NCBI GenBank assembly: GCA_030835925.1
Contig: JAURQW010000016.1
Coordinates: 4,731 to 68,730, forward strand
Direction of reading: 5' to 3'
DNA length: 64,000 nt
DNA from: Gammaproteobacteria bacterium
GTDB lineage: Bacteria; Pseudomonadota; Gammaproteobacteria; GCA-002705445; GCA-002716945
Within the stretch, counting starts at the first letter, position 1; the number at the start of each line of letters is the position of its first letter. The translations under genes and the position numbers were made by a program. The notes beneath the pieces were generated by a model. That model was not told the origin of the DNA, made no database searches, and saw only the letters and a list, made by a program, of their open reading frames with translations. Shown in pieces: positions 30,834 through 42,480 of this stretch.

Positions 30834-32374
30834 TAGACCCCGCGTTTTTTTGAAGAATCCTGATTAGGGTTTTGCTTAAGCTTATTAAGTGCATTAATTA
30901 AAGCTAATACAGAAGCTTTAACTATGTCAGTATCAGCGCCATGACCATTATAAGTACTCTTGTCTTTTGTAATTCTCACTGTTACTTCACCTTGTGAATC
31001 TGTACCTGACGTAATATTGTTTACAGAATATAATATTAACTTACAATTACTCTGAATTATTTCTTCTATTGCATTAAATGCAGCATCTACTGCGCCATCA
31101 CCTTTTGATTCTGCTTCAAGAAGTTCACCGTCTACTTCAAGCTTTATAAGTGCACTGGGTTTTTTGCCGCTCTCAGTTACAACATTCATATAATTAAAAT
31201 TTATTAGATTTGCAGTAACGCTTAGATTTGATGATAAATTAATTAAGTCCTCATCAAAAATTTCGTGTTTTTTATCAGCTAAATCTTTAAACTTATAAAA
31301 AAGATCCTCAAATTCTGAACTAGTTTTTGGCATGATATTTAAGTCTATTAATTTCTGTTTAAAGGCATTTCTGCCTGAGTGCTTGCCAAGCACAAGAGAG
31401 TTGCTAACTAAGCCTATGTCCTCAGCTCTCATTATCTCATATGTTTCTCGAGACTTAATAATACCGTCTTGATGTATACCTGATTCATGAGCAAAAGCAT
31501 TCTTTCCTACTATTGCTTTATTAGGTTGTACAGGGAAGCCTGTAATACCAGATACCAATCTTGAGGATTTCATTATCATCTTAGAATTAATTCTTGTATC
31601 ACAATTAAAAATATCTTGTCTAGTTCTAACTGTCATCACAATTTCCTCTAGTGCGGCATTGCCAGCTCTTTCACCAAGACCATTAATTGTGCATTCCACT
31701 TGTCTAGCACCATTTAATACTGCTGACAACGAATTACCTACTGCTAAACCAAAATCATTATGACAATGAACAGAGAATATAGCTTTGTTGGAGTTGCTGA
31801 CATTTTTGATAATTTTATGAATTAAATCGCCGAATTGATGAGGTAAATTATACCCTACAGTATCTGGAATATTGATAGTATTCGCTCCAGCATCAATTGC
31901 TGACTCGATAACATCACATAAAAAATCTAAATCAGATCTACCAGCGTCTTCAGGTGAGAATTCAATATCATTGGTAAAATTTTTAGCCAAAGCAATTGCA
32001 TCAACAGCTGTCTTTATAACCTCACTGGGTTGCATTTTTAATTTTTTTTCCATATGGATGGGTGATGTTGCTATAAATGTATGTATTCTTGGAGATTTAG
32101 CATCAATTAGTGAATCTGCGGCTCTTTCGATATCTTTTTCTAAAGCTCTGGCTAAAGCGCAAATACTCGAACCCTTGATATTTCTGGATATTTCTTGTAC
32201 AGCCTTGAAATCACTCTGACTAGCTATAGGAAAACCTGCTTCTATAATGTCTACATTTAACTCCTCAAGCGCATAAGCAATTTGCATTTTTTCATCAATA
32301 TCCATTGATGCGCCAGGGCTTTGTTCTCCATCTCTTAGGGTAGTATCAAAAATTATTAAATTTTCATTATTCAT
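30833..32374 (-). CDS. leuA: 2-isopropylmalate synthase
   Basis: DRE-TIM N-terminus FDTTLRDGEQSPG plus a C-terminal LeuA regulatory domain. Length is 513 aa. Confidence 0.9.
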   Translation of the reverse strand: MNNENLIIFDTTLRDGEQSPGASMDIDEKMQIAYALEELNVDIIEAGFPIASQSDFKAVQEISRNIKGSSICALARALEKDIERAADSLIDAKSPRIHTFIATSPIHMEKKLKMQPSEVIKTAVDAIALAKNFTNDIEFSPEDAGRSDLDFLCDVIESAIDAGANTINIPDTVGYNLPHQFGDLIHKIIKNVSNSNKAIFSVHCHNDFGLAVGNSLSAVLNGARQVECTINGLGERAGNAALEEIVMTVRTRQDIFNCDTRINSKMIMKSSRLVSGITGFPVQPNKAIVGKNAFAHESGIHQDGIIKSRETYEIMRAEDIGLVSNSLVLGKHSGRNAFKQKLIDLNIMPKTSSEFEDLFYKFKDLADKKHEIFDEDLINLSSNLSVTANLINFNYMNVVTESGKKPSALIKLEVDGELLEAESKGDGAVDAAFNAIEEIIQSNCKLILYSVNNITSGTDSQGEVTVRITKDKSTYNGHGADTDIVKASVLALINALNKLKQNPNQDSSKKRGV

Positions 32375-32510
32375 ATCATTAGATTTTAAAAAAAGCTAAA
32401 AGACTATATAGGTAGTCTAGTTAACCAGGTTACAAAGAGGTGATTAATTATAGATGTCTGTTTAATCATAACTCAAACTCTATATTAAATACGTAAATAT
32501 GCAAGAAAAA

Positions 32511-33289
32511 TCAGAATTTTGATGGTTTTTTCTCATGAGAGAATGATTTTTTCTTTCTCAAAAGACTCATAAGATACATAGTCGGACCTGATAAAGCATA
32601 CAATAAGAAAAATGAAAATAGAACTAGTGGTGGATCGAATGAAATAAATGCGATTACCAAAGATATAATGAATAAGAATATGTATGGGACTCTATGTCTA
32701 ATATTAAAATCTTTAAAACTATAATAGGTAATATTGCTGATCATTAAGAATGAAAGTATCGGCAACATAAGTAATCCAAACCATTGTTGACCCAGCAACG
32801 TTGAACTAGACGCTTCAATCATCCATATAAAAGTTATTATCACTGCAGCTGCAGCAGGACTTGCAAGCCCTATGAAGTATTTTTTATCAAGTGTCTGGCT
32901 TTTAGAGTTAAATCTTGCCAGTCGTATCGCAGCTGATGCTACATAAATAAAACAAATAATCCAAGGCAGCTTATTTGTTTGCCATGATTGTAAATCAAAT
33001 AATGGAGCTGACCACATGTAAACCAAAATTGCTGGTGACAACCCAAAACATATCATGTCTGATAAACTATCGAAGTATTCACCAAACGAGGTTTGAGTAT
33101 TTGTTAACCTTGCGATTCGTCCATCTAAGCCATCTAATACCATAGCAACAAGTATAGCTATCGACGCTGAAATAAAATCAGTATTAACAGATGCGATGAT
33201 TGAATAAAACCCACTGAATAATGCAGCGGTTGTTATTAAGTTGGGAAGCAGAAATACTCCAGGCAACCTTCTTTTTTTTATTTGTGTCA

Positions 33290-33290
<1 letters not shown>
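32511..33290 (-). CDS. pssA: CDP-diacylglycerol--serine O-phosphatidyltransferase
   Basis: CDP-alcohol phosphatidyltransferase motif DGLDGRIAR...G...D..D in a polytopic membrane protein. Confidence 0.85.
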
Positions 33291-34821
<1,531 letters not shown>

Positions 34822-34823
34822 AT

Positions 34824-36551
34824 TTATGCTAACTCTGTATCTTCACTGGTGGGCGACAGATGCATTTCATTATGTGCCTGACCGCTTTTTATCATAGGGT
34901 AAACATTCTCTTCTTGGTCTGTAATAACATCAACAAAAACCAATCTGTCTTTCATGTTCATCGCCTCAGATAATTTATCTTTTAACTCTGATGGTTTTTC
35001 TATTTTAATACCAATATGACCAAAACTATTAGCTAATTGTACGAAATCAGGTATTGTCTCCATATATGACATCGCATATCTTCCCTCATAAAAAAATTCT
35101 TGCCATTGTCTTACCATACCCATGTATCTATTATTAAGGTTTATAACCTTAATAGGCAACCTATATTGTAAGCATGTGGCTAGTTCTTGAATACACATCA
35201 CAATACTTGCCTCGCCTGTGACACATACAACCTGTGACTTAGGAAATGCTAACTGTGCACCCATAGCTGCAGGTAAACCAAAACCCATAGTTCCTAAACC
35301 ACCAGAATTTATCCATCTATTTGGTTTATCAAATTTATAATACTGAGCGGCCCACATCTGATGTTGACCTACATCCGAAGTTACAAAAGCCTTACCTTTA
35401 GTAACATCATAGAGAGTTTCTATTACGGACTGTGGCTTTATGATTTTATTAGACTTCTTGTAGCTTAAACAGTTTTTTGATCTCCACTTATTAATAATTT
35501 TCCACCATTTTTTTAAACTAGTCTTATTTATTTTTGAAAGATGAGGCGTAATGGCTTTATTGAGAGATTTTAAAATTTTAGATGTCTCTCCAACTAAAGA
35601 TAAGTCAACTTCTATAATTTTAGATATAGACGATGGATCAATGTCGACATGAATTATTTTAGCAGAAGGACAAAATTTAGATGTATCCCCAGTTACTCGA
35701 TCATCAAATCTAGCACCAACGGCAAGAAGAACATCGCAATCATGCATAGCCATATTAGCTTCATATGTTCCATGCATACCCAACATCCCCAAGAATTGGT
35801 CATCTGTAGATGGAAAGCCACCTAGACCCATCAAAGTATTAGTTATAGGATAATTTAAACTTTTAACTAATTTGTTAAGCTCTTTATATGCGTTACCCAA
35901 TATTATGCCACCACCAGTGTAGATCATAGGTTTTTTTGCAGAACATAGTAGCTTGGCAGCTTTATTAATTTTATCTTCAGACTCAGACAATACTGGTTTA
36001 TATGATCTTATTTTAACTTTTTTGGGGTAATCAAATTCAATTTTTATATTTGGATCTGTGAGATCTTTTGGTATATCAATCAAAACAGGGCCAGGTCTGC
36101 CAGTTGTTGCAATTATGAAGGCTTTTTTAAATACCTCAGCAATTGATTCGCGACTATCAACTAAAAAGTTATGCTTAGTTACAGGTCTAGTAATACCAGT
36201 TGCATCAGCTTCTTGAAATGCATCACTACCAACATATTGACGTGACACTTGTCCAGATATTACAATCATTGGTATAGAGTCCATATGTGCTGTAGCTAAT
36301 CCAGTTACACAATTTGTGATACCTGGTCCAGATGTAACAAGTACAACACCAGGTTTACCGCATGCTCTAGCATACCCATCAGCAGCATGAGTCGCTCCTT
36401 GCTCATGCCTTGCCAGCACATGCTTTATTTTTTTTGCATTGAATAGTGCATCATAGATATGTAATACAGCACCACCAGGATATCCAAAAATGAATTCCAC
36501 GCCTTCTTTCTTCAGGCATTCAATAATTATTTCTGATCCACTTAGCTTCAT
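34824..36551 (-). CDS. ilvI: Acetolactate synthase large subunit
   Basis: ThDP-enzyme motifs (GYPGGAVL; GDG...NN ThDP-binding). Length is 575 aa. Confidence 0.95.
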   Translation of the reverse strand: MKLSGSEIIIECLKKEGVEFIFGYPGGAVLHIYDALFNAKKIKHVLARHEQGATHAADGYARACGKPGVVLVTSGPGITNCVTGLATAHMDSIPMIVISGQVSRQYVGSDAFQEADATGITRPVTKHNFLVDSRESIAEVFKKAFIIATTGRPGPVLIDIPKDLTDPNIKIEFDYPKKVKIRSYKPVLSESEDKINKAAKLLCSAKKPMIYTGGGIILGNAYKELNKLVKSLNYPITNTLMGLGGFPSTDDQFLGMLGMHGTYEANMAMHDCDVLLAVGARFDDRVTGDTSKFCPSAKIIHVDIDPSSISKIIEVDLSLVGETSKILKSLNKAITPHLSKINKTSLKKWWKIINKWRSKNCLSYKKSNKIIKPQSVIETLYDVTKGKAFVTSDVGQHQMWAAQYYKFDKPNRWINSGGLGTMGFGLPAAMGAQLAFPKSQVVCVTGEASIVMCIQELATCLQYRLPIKVINLNNRYMGMVRQWQEFFYEGRYAMSYMETIPDFVQLANSFGHIGIKIEKPSELKDKLSEAMNMKDRLVFVDVITDQEENVYPMIKSGQAHNEMHLSPTSEDTELA

Positions 36552-36618
36552 AATTCCTCAGTTTTTATACCCTGTACATGATACATCTTTTTTGTAAAAC
36601 CATCATTATATAAATTCA

Positions 36619-37242
36619 CTATTCAAGGATATATTGCTTATAAGAATTAAAATCCTCAAATATATAATACAAATAAGTCTTTAATAGCTCAGAAAAGACA
36701 ATTAATATAGACCTTTTATTTTCATACCAATCTTCAGAATGTGTTGAAATATCAAAATCATAATTAAATTTTACATTCAAATCTTTCAGTATTTGATTGG
36801 CTCTGAAAATATGATAACGATCTGTGACAATCAAGATATCTCTATATTTTGACATGTCTAATCTGTTTAACTCATTAATCTCATCAATTGTGCTTCTATT
36901 GTTTACACCAAAAAGAATAATATTTTTAGGGTCAACACCGCTCCTGGTTAGAATTTCTAGATATAATTCATATGTTTTTTTTGAATTATTTGGCTCAAAA
37001 TAATTTTTAAAGACTGCCTGCTCTTTACTTACAAAAATAATTTTAGATTTTTTTTCGAAGAATAATTTGCTTGCCCTAAATGCTCTTTCAGGATTTCCTG
37101 ATAAAACTATAATCGCATCATAGTGGTCTTTATTATCTACTGGATTCTCTCTAGTAATTTTATTTACAAGAAGGAAAGAAACAATAATTATTGCAACTGA
37201 AAATAGACCTATCGCCTCTAACAGTTTGCGAAAATATAACAA
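36619..37242 (-). CDS. DUF218 (YdcF/ElyC/SanA-like) domain protein
   Basis: N-terminal TM anchor, then DAIIVLSGNPERAFRASKLF in the DUF218 pattern. Confidence 0.6.
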   Translation of the reverse strand: MLYFRKLLEAIGLFSVAIIIVSFLLVNKITRENPVDNKDHYDAIIVLSGNPERAFRASKLFFEKKSKIIFVSKEQAVFKNYFEPNNSKKTYELYLEILTRSGVDPKNIILFGVNNRSTIDEINELNRLDMSKYRDILIVTDRYHIFRANQILKDLNVKFNYDFDISTHSEDWYENKRSILIVFSELLKTYLYYIFEDFNSYKQYILE

Positions 37243-37247
37243 ACTAC

Positions 37248-37478
37248 CTAGGTTTTTTTCATTAGAAAATAGAACTTACTATCTTTTTCTTCTGACTTGA
37301 GTAACTCATTACCTGTTTGATTTGCAAAAGACTCAAAATCCTTAACAGCACCAGGGTCTGTAGAGATTATATGAAGCACTTGTCCTGACTCCATTGTATT
37401 AATTTCTTTTTTTGCTTTGATTATTGGCAAAGGACAATTTAGGCCACTAGTATCTAGTTCTTTATCAAATTCTGACAT
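37248..37478 (-). CDS. tusA: TusA-like sulfurtransferase
   Basis: 76 aa with the LD.SGLNCPLPIIKAKKEI CPxP motif that defines TusA. Confidence 0.75.
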   Translation of the reverse strand: MSEFDKELDTSGLNCPLPIIKAKKEINTMESGQVLHIISTDPGAVKDFESFANQTGNELLKSEEKDSKFYFLMKKT

Positions 37479-37552
37479 CTTATTTCCTTTAAGTTATAAT
37501 GGTTATGTTAAATTTCATTATTAATATATAGTAATTTATTAATATAATAAAC

Positions 37553-39001
37553 ATGTTAATTATTATAAAAAAATATTCAAGAATTATTTTAATCATTAAT
37601 GTACTTTTAATGTCAATCCCAGTTGCTGTTTTTTCGGCTGAACCACCAAAACTAGGTGATCCACTTAGCCAAAGCATGTCTTTGAAGACTGAAAAAATAA
37701 TTGGTTTATCCTCATATAAGAGGCTCCAAAGGAATAATTATATAAATAATAATCCTTTGGTATATGCATATATCAGCTACCTTGGTAATAAATTATCGAG
37801 AAGCATAATGGATGATGATAGAAATTATACTTTCTTTATTGTTCGATCAAATCAAGTTAATGCGTTTGCTATACCTGGTGGATATATTGGCCTTAACTCT
37901 GGCTTGATTACCCTCACAGAAAACGAAGCTCAATTAGCAGGTGTCGTAGCGCATGAAATATCTCATGTAACATTAAGACATTCGGCAGAAATGATTAAAA
38001 ATATGAGCTCAAATAATATTCCTATGTGGGTTGGAATAATTGCTGGTGTTTTTTCTGGTAACGCAAAAGCTTCGATGGCGGCTTTGAGATTAGGAATCGG
38101 TCAGGCTAGTCAACTCAATATTAATTTGATAAGAGAAAATGAAGTAGAAGCAGATGATTATGGAATCGAGATTATTACAAGATCTAATTATGATCTTTCT
38201 GAGATGTCCAGGTTCTTTAAGATTATGAATAATACTTCAGGAGAAATACAAAGAGATTTAGCATACTTATCAACCCATCCGATGTATGAGAATAGGATTT
38301 CACATATACAAAATAAGTCTAAATTTCAGACTAATCCAATTAAAAATAGTACTGATGATTATTTTTTTGTGAAGACTATTTTAGATGTGGATTCTATATC
38401 AGATATAAACTATTCACTAAAAAATATTACTGGTAACGAAATACTAGATAAATATAAAAGAGCACTCTTATATTTTAAGAAATCTGATTATGCATCAGCT
38501 AAAAAAGAAATTTATCCTGCATATAATACTGATCCTAATAATTTGTATATAACAATATTATATGCAAAAGTTTTAGCAGAAAAAGGTAATATTGATGATG
38601 CTCTAGATGTTTTAAATAAAATCAAAAATATATATCCACATAATACAATAATCTCATTTACAATTTCTGAAATACTAATAGAAAATAATATCAACCTACA
38701 ATATGCATCAAAACTGATGAAGCCGATTGAGGATACTTACAAACTTAATCCTGACTATCTAAGGTTAGCATCAAAGATGCATACATTAAGCAATAATAAC
38801 TTCAAGTCATCTTTATTTTTGTCAGATTACTACGTTCTTCTTGGGAGTGTTGACTTAGCCATAGAGGTGATAGAAAATTCTCTCAGATCCAAAGAAATCA
38901 ATAATACTCAAAAAAAAATATTATCATTAAAAAAACAAAGGATAATATGCGAAAATCCACGAAGATTAGAGCCAATATTTGGCGAAAAAGATTGTTATTA
39001 A
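37553..39001 (+). CDS. bepA: Periplasmic M48 metalloprotease with TPR repeats (BepA/YfgC-like)
   Basis: Signal peptide, HEISHV HEXXH motif in an M48 domain and C-terminal TPR-like repeats. Length is 482 aa. Confidence 0.7.
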   Translation: MLIIIKKYSRIILIINVLLMSIPVAVFSAEPPKLGDPLSQSMSLKTEKIIGLSSYKRLQRNNYINNNPLVYAYISYLGNKLSRSIMDDDRNYTFFIVRSNQVNAFAIPGGYIGLNSGLITLTENEAQLAGVVAHEISHVTLRHSAEMIKNMSSNNIPMWVGIIAGVFSGNAKASMAALRLGIGQASQLNINLIRENEVEADDYGIEIITRSNYDLSEMSRFFKIMNNTSGEIQRDLAYLSTHPMYENRISHIQNKSKFQTNPIKNSTDDYFFVKTILDVDSISDINYSLKNITGNEILDKYKRALLYFKKSDYASAKKEIYPAYNTDPNNLYITILYAKVLAEKGNIDDALDVLNKIKNIYPHNTIISFTISEILIENNINLQYASKLMKPIEDTYKLNPDYLRLASKMHTLSNNNFKSSLFLSDYYVLLGSVDLAIEVIENSLRSKEINNTQKKILSLKKQRIICENPRRLEPIFGEKDCY

Positions 39002-39037
39002 AGTAGTTTTTTTATTATGCTATCGGTACTATAATAA

Positions 39038-39388
39038 GTGAGAAATATGAACGCTATAAAAAACATAACTTTGTCTCTATCATTGATTTTAAGCATCAAT
39101 ATGCCTACATATTCTAATGATATAGCAGAAGGGAAGAAACTAGCTTTTGATAGAAAAAAAGGTAATTGTTTGGCATGTCATATGATTGATGATGGCGAAC
39201 TAGCTGGAAATAGTGGTCCTCCGCTGTTAGCCATGAAAGCACGTTTCCCAGACAAACAAGTTCTTTTTAATCAAATATGGGATCCAACAAAGAACAATCC
39301 CAACACATTTATGCCACCATTTGGTAAGCATGGAGCTATAACAAAAGATGAGATTAATAAAATAATAGAGTATCTATATACTCTTTGA
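39038..39388 (+). CDS. soxX: Monoheme cytochrome c SoxX
   Basis: Signal peptide and a single CLACH heme-binding motif. Length 116 aa, immediately upstream of soxY. Confidence 0.7.
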   Translation: MRNMNAIKNITLSLSLILSINMPTYSNDIAEGKKLAFDRKKGNCLACHMIDDGELAGNSGPPLLAMKARFPDKQVLFNQIWDPTKNNPNTFMPPFGKHGAITKDEINKIIEYLYTL

Positions 39389-39397
39389 GGTAACAAT

Positions 39398-39862
39398 ATG
39401 AACAGAAGAAATTTTTTAAAAAATTCATTAATGACTGCAGCAACGATTACAACACTTGCTGGCTTGATGATTAAACCAAAACGCGTGTATGCTGGCTGGC
39501 CAAAAGAGTCTTTTGATATCACAGATTTGAGTGAATCAATTAAAAGTGTTTATGGGCATGATAATCTTGAGGAAAGCTCTAAAGTGAAACTAAAAGTTCC
39601 AGATATTGCTGAAAATGGAGCAATTGTTCCTGTTAACGTAAAAACTAGCTTAGATAATGTTGAGTCTATAATGTTATTTGTCGAAAATAATCCTCAGCCA
39701 TTATCTAGTGGTTATAATTTTTCATCAAAATCTAGACCAATCATCGGTACTAGGATAAAAATGGGAAAAACATCTACAGTTATGGCAGCTGTAAAGAGCA
39801 ATGGTAAAATCTATACTTCAGCTAAAGAAGTTAAAATAACAATCGGTGGCTGTGGAGGCTAA
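39398..39862 (+). CDS. soxY: Sulfur carrier protein SoxY
   Basis: Twin-arginine signal (RRNFLK) and the diagnostic C-terminal GGCGG carrier-cysteine motif. Confidence 0.85.
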   Translation: MNRRNFLKNSLMTAATITTLAGLMIKPKRVYAGWPKESFDITDLSESIKSVYGHDNLEESSKVKLKVPDIAENGAIVPVNVKTSLDNVESIMLFVENNPQPLSSGYNFSSKSRPIIGTRIKMGKTSTVMAAVKSNGKIYTSAKEVKITIGGCGG

Positions 39863-39867
39863 ACAAA

Positions 39868-40176
39868 ATGAGTACTATTAAAATAAGAGCAAAAGAAAGC
39901 AAAGGAGCTGTTACAGTAAAGGCTTTAATGAAACATCCTATGGAAACCGGACAAAGAAAAGACAAAAAGACTGGCGGAAAAATACCAGCACACTTTATTC
40001 AAGAAGTAGTAGGTAAAGCTAATGGAGATGAGGTAATAACTGTACATTGGGGTCCAGCCGTGTCTAAAAATCCATATTTAACTTTTGTCTATAGTGGCTC
40101 AAAAGGTGATAAAGTTGAGTTAAAATGGACAGACAACAAAGGTAACACTGATTCAAAAATAGCTGAGGTCAAATAA
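39868..40176 (+). CDS. soxZ: SoxZ
   Basis: About 100 aa SoxZ-like protein directly following soxY (the SoxYZ partner). Confidence 0.8.
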   Translation: MSTIKIRAKESKGAVTVKALMKHPMETGQRKDKKTGGKIPAHFIQEVVGKANGDEVITVHWGPAVSKNPYLTFVYSGSKGDKVELKWTDNKGNTDSKIAEVK

Positions 40177-40182
40177 TAATTC

Positions 40183-41019
40183 ATGAAAATAAATTTTTCT
40201 AATTTTTTTGCAATAAGCTTTCTCCTTGTTAGTGTTGGTGTTTATGCTAGCCCTGAAGAAGATAGAGAGCTATTCCATGATTATTTTGAAAAATTATTTC
40301 CTAACACTGAATATAGTGATTATAAAAACGGTGTTTATTCAATAGATTCGTCATCAAGGGAGCAATGGGAATCAATAGAAGATTTTCCTCCTTATGAAAT
40401 TAATATAGAAAATGGAGAAGAACTATTCAATACTCCTTTTAAGAATGGAAACACATATGCTCAGTGTTTTGAGAATGGTGGGATAGGTATTCGACAGAAT
40501 TATCCATTTTTTGATGAAGATAAGAATATGGTAATGACTCTTGAGCTAGCGATCAACAACTGTAGAAAAAAGAATGGTGAAAAGCCCCTTAGTTACTACA
40601 AAGGCGGGCCAATGGCAGATATATCTGCATACATGGCATACACATCAAGAGGCAATAAAATTAATCTTGAAATACCAAATAATCAAAAAGCTTTGGAAGC
40701 ATACGAACATGGGAAAAAACTCTATTTTACAAAAGTAGGTCAATTAAATTTTTCATGCGCTGATTGCCATGTTTATAAAACTGGAATTAAATTAAGAGCT
40801 GACATACCAAGCCCAGCAATCGGGCATACAACCCATTTCCCGGCATATAGATCAGGGGCAGGCAGGCTGGTAACTTTACATGAAAGATTTGCTGGTTGCC
40901 TAAGCAGAGTCAGACATAAGCCTTTCAAGGCGCAAAATGAGGAGTATAGAAACCTTGAATATTTTATTACTTACATGAGTAATGGACTAGAAATTAATGG
41001 TCCAGGGTCAAGAAAGTAG
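40183..41019 (+). CDS. soxA: Cytochrome c SoxA (monoheme type)
   Basis: Signal peptide, single CADCH heme motif and downstream RFAGC cysteine consistent with the SoxA Cys heme ligand. Follows soxXYZ. Confidence 0.75.
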   Translation: MKINFSNFFAISFLLVSVGVYASPEEDRELFHDYFEKLFPNTEYSDYKNGVYSIDSSSREQWESIEDFPPYEINIENGEELFNTPFKNGNTYAQCFENGGIGIRQNYPFFDEDKNMVMTLELAINNCRKKNGEKPLSYYKGGPMADISAYMAYTSRGNKINLEIPNNQKALEAYEHGKKLYFTKVGQLNFSCADCHVYKTGIKLRADIPSPAIGHTTHFPAYRSGAGRLVTLHERFAGCLSRVRHKPFKAQNEEYRNLEYFITYMSNGLEINGPGSRK

Positions 41020-41032
41020 GTATAATAAATAT

Positions 41033-41551
41033 ATGGTATTTAAAAACATTTCTACTAAATTACTACTCCTGATAGTTATGCCATTTTGTATAACATCATG
41101 TGCGACTATCAACGGCTTAATGGCTAACAATGAAGAATCTTCATCTGAAATTAAAGAAATTAGTCTTAACAAAAGACTACAGATATCAATACCTATCCCA
41201 GAGAATTCTAAGTATGTGACAGACAAGACAATAATCTTTGGAGAAGGTTCTAGATTTACAGGTGTATTGTATTTAATTCATGAAATTTCTGCAGATGAAG
41301 TTGTAGAGTTCTATAGAGTAAATATGAGAGATGCAGGCTGGTCTGAAATTGCTATAGTTAGAAGTGATTTTATTTTGCTTAATTTTGATAAAGAAGATAA
41401 GTTTGCCACAATTAAAGTTAACAGAAGAGTTTTCGATAATTCTACATCAGAAGTTACTATTGGACCAAAATCTGACACTACTATAAATAGAAGTATCAAT
41501 ATAGACAATCAAGAATCGAATGTATCGGAAGAACCATTTACTATCCAATAA
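41033..41551 (+). CDS. Hypothetical lipoprotein (sox-adjacent)
   Basis: Track ORF 40997-41551 overlaps the soxA 3' end. The preferred start is the internal ATG at 41033, giving MVFKNISTKLLLLIVMPFCITSC with a lipobox Cys. No recognisable domain. Confidence 0.5.
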   Translation: MVFKNISTKLLLLIVMPFCITSCATINGLMANNEESSSEIKEISLNKRLQISIPIPENSKYVTDKTIIFGEGSRFTGVLYLIHEISADEVVEFYRVNMRDAGWSEIAIVRSDFILLNFDKEDKFATIKVNRRVFDNSTSEVTIGPKSDTTINRSINIDNQESNVSEEPFTIQ

Positions 41552-42394
41552 TTATTTTTCAACTTCTGTCGATATAATTTCCATTAAGTCATCGAAATAA
41601 AAGTCTCGAAAGAAATGATCTGAACCATCAATTTGAAATAGCCTTATATTATTCTTCTCTGATACTAAATCTTGGACTACTTGATGAGTATTCGGTGTTA
41701 TTTTATCTTCAGAACCTGTGATCACTCTTGTTTGTACCGAAGATGATTTGAGAGCCTCGATTAAACTTTTTGTCTCAGGATTATAATAATAACTTTTGAA
41801 AGTTTCGCCACTGACTGAAGCTTTTTCACAACCCAAGAAATTAATACTTAGGTTATCCTTAATATTTATCGATTCTATATCAATATTATGATTCGCTTGA
41901 TAATTAATTTTATGACCATAATCAGAGTCAATTATAGGAGCTAAAAGAAAAATAATGTCAGGATTCATCAAGTCATCTCTTTCATTTAAATAAAAATTTA
42001 AAATATCTAGCGCTCCTCTAGAATGACCAATAAGATAAAGCTTTGTATACCCCTTATTACTTATAAATTTATACCATAATTTAATTTCATCTAATGAATC
42101 TTTAACAGTATGCTGATGATGTATGTCGCAGGGTAAAAAATCATTATTTCTATCCTCTACACCATAACTTAAATTAATAGATAAACTGTCGATACCAATA
42201 TCTAATAAAGACTCTCTAAGGGAAGATATTAACTCTAAGTTTTGATGCCCACGAGTACCATGTAATAGAAGGGCTATTGATTCAGTTTTATTATCCTGCG
42301 TCAAAAAGAAAGCATTTAGTTTGTTTTGTTGGACAGTGTCGGATAAAGCATAAGATGAAAAAAGTATTAGAATTGTTAATAAAGTATTCTTCAT
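41552..42394 (-). CDS. Secreted alpha/beta-fold hydrolase
   Basis: Signal peptide and nucleophile elbow LIGHSRGAL (GxSxG). Confidence 0.6.
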   Translation of the reverse strand: MKNTLLTILILFSSYALSDTVQQNKLNAFFLTQDNKTESIALLLHGTRGHQNLELISSLRESLLDIGIDSLSINLSYGVEDRNNDFLPCDIHHQHTVKDSLDEIKLWYKFISNKGYTKLYLIGHSRGALDILNFYLNERDDLMNPDIIFLLAPIIDSDYGHKINYQANHNIDIESINIKDNLSINFLGCEKASVSGETFKSYYYNPETKSLIEALKSSSVQTRVITGSEDKITPNTHQVVQDLVSEKNNIRLFQIDGSDHFFRDFYFDDLMEIISTEVEK

Positions 42395-42406
42395 AATATT
42401 ATATTA

Positions 42407-42479
42407 TAGGGCGTACTGGATTCGAACCAGTGACAAATGGCTTAAAAGGCCACTGCTCTACCAACTGAGCTAACGCCCC
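42407..42479 (-). tRNA. tRNA-Lys (anticodon UUU)
   Basis: Reverse complement GGGGCGTTAGCTCAGTTGGTAGAGCAGTGGCCTTTTAAGCCATTTGTCACTGGTTCGAATCCAGTACGCCC closely resembles canonical tRNA-Lys(UUU). Anticodon loop CTTTTAA. Confidence 0.85.
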
Positions 42480-42480
42480 A

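Noticed and set aside
40997-41032. The upstream extension of the sox-adjacent lipoprotein ORF, which overlaps the soxA stop.
   Set aside because: The extension (MVQGQESRYNKY) precedes a clean lipoprotein signal peptide that begins at the internal Met. A start at 41033 avoids the overlap and places a purine-rich stretch upstream.
41552-42394. The secreted alpha/beta hydrolase as part of the sox locus.
   Set aside because: It is on the opposite strand, convergent with the sox operon, and followed by tRNA-Lys. No functional link is evident beyond proximity.
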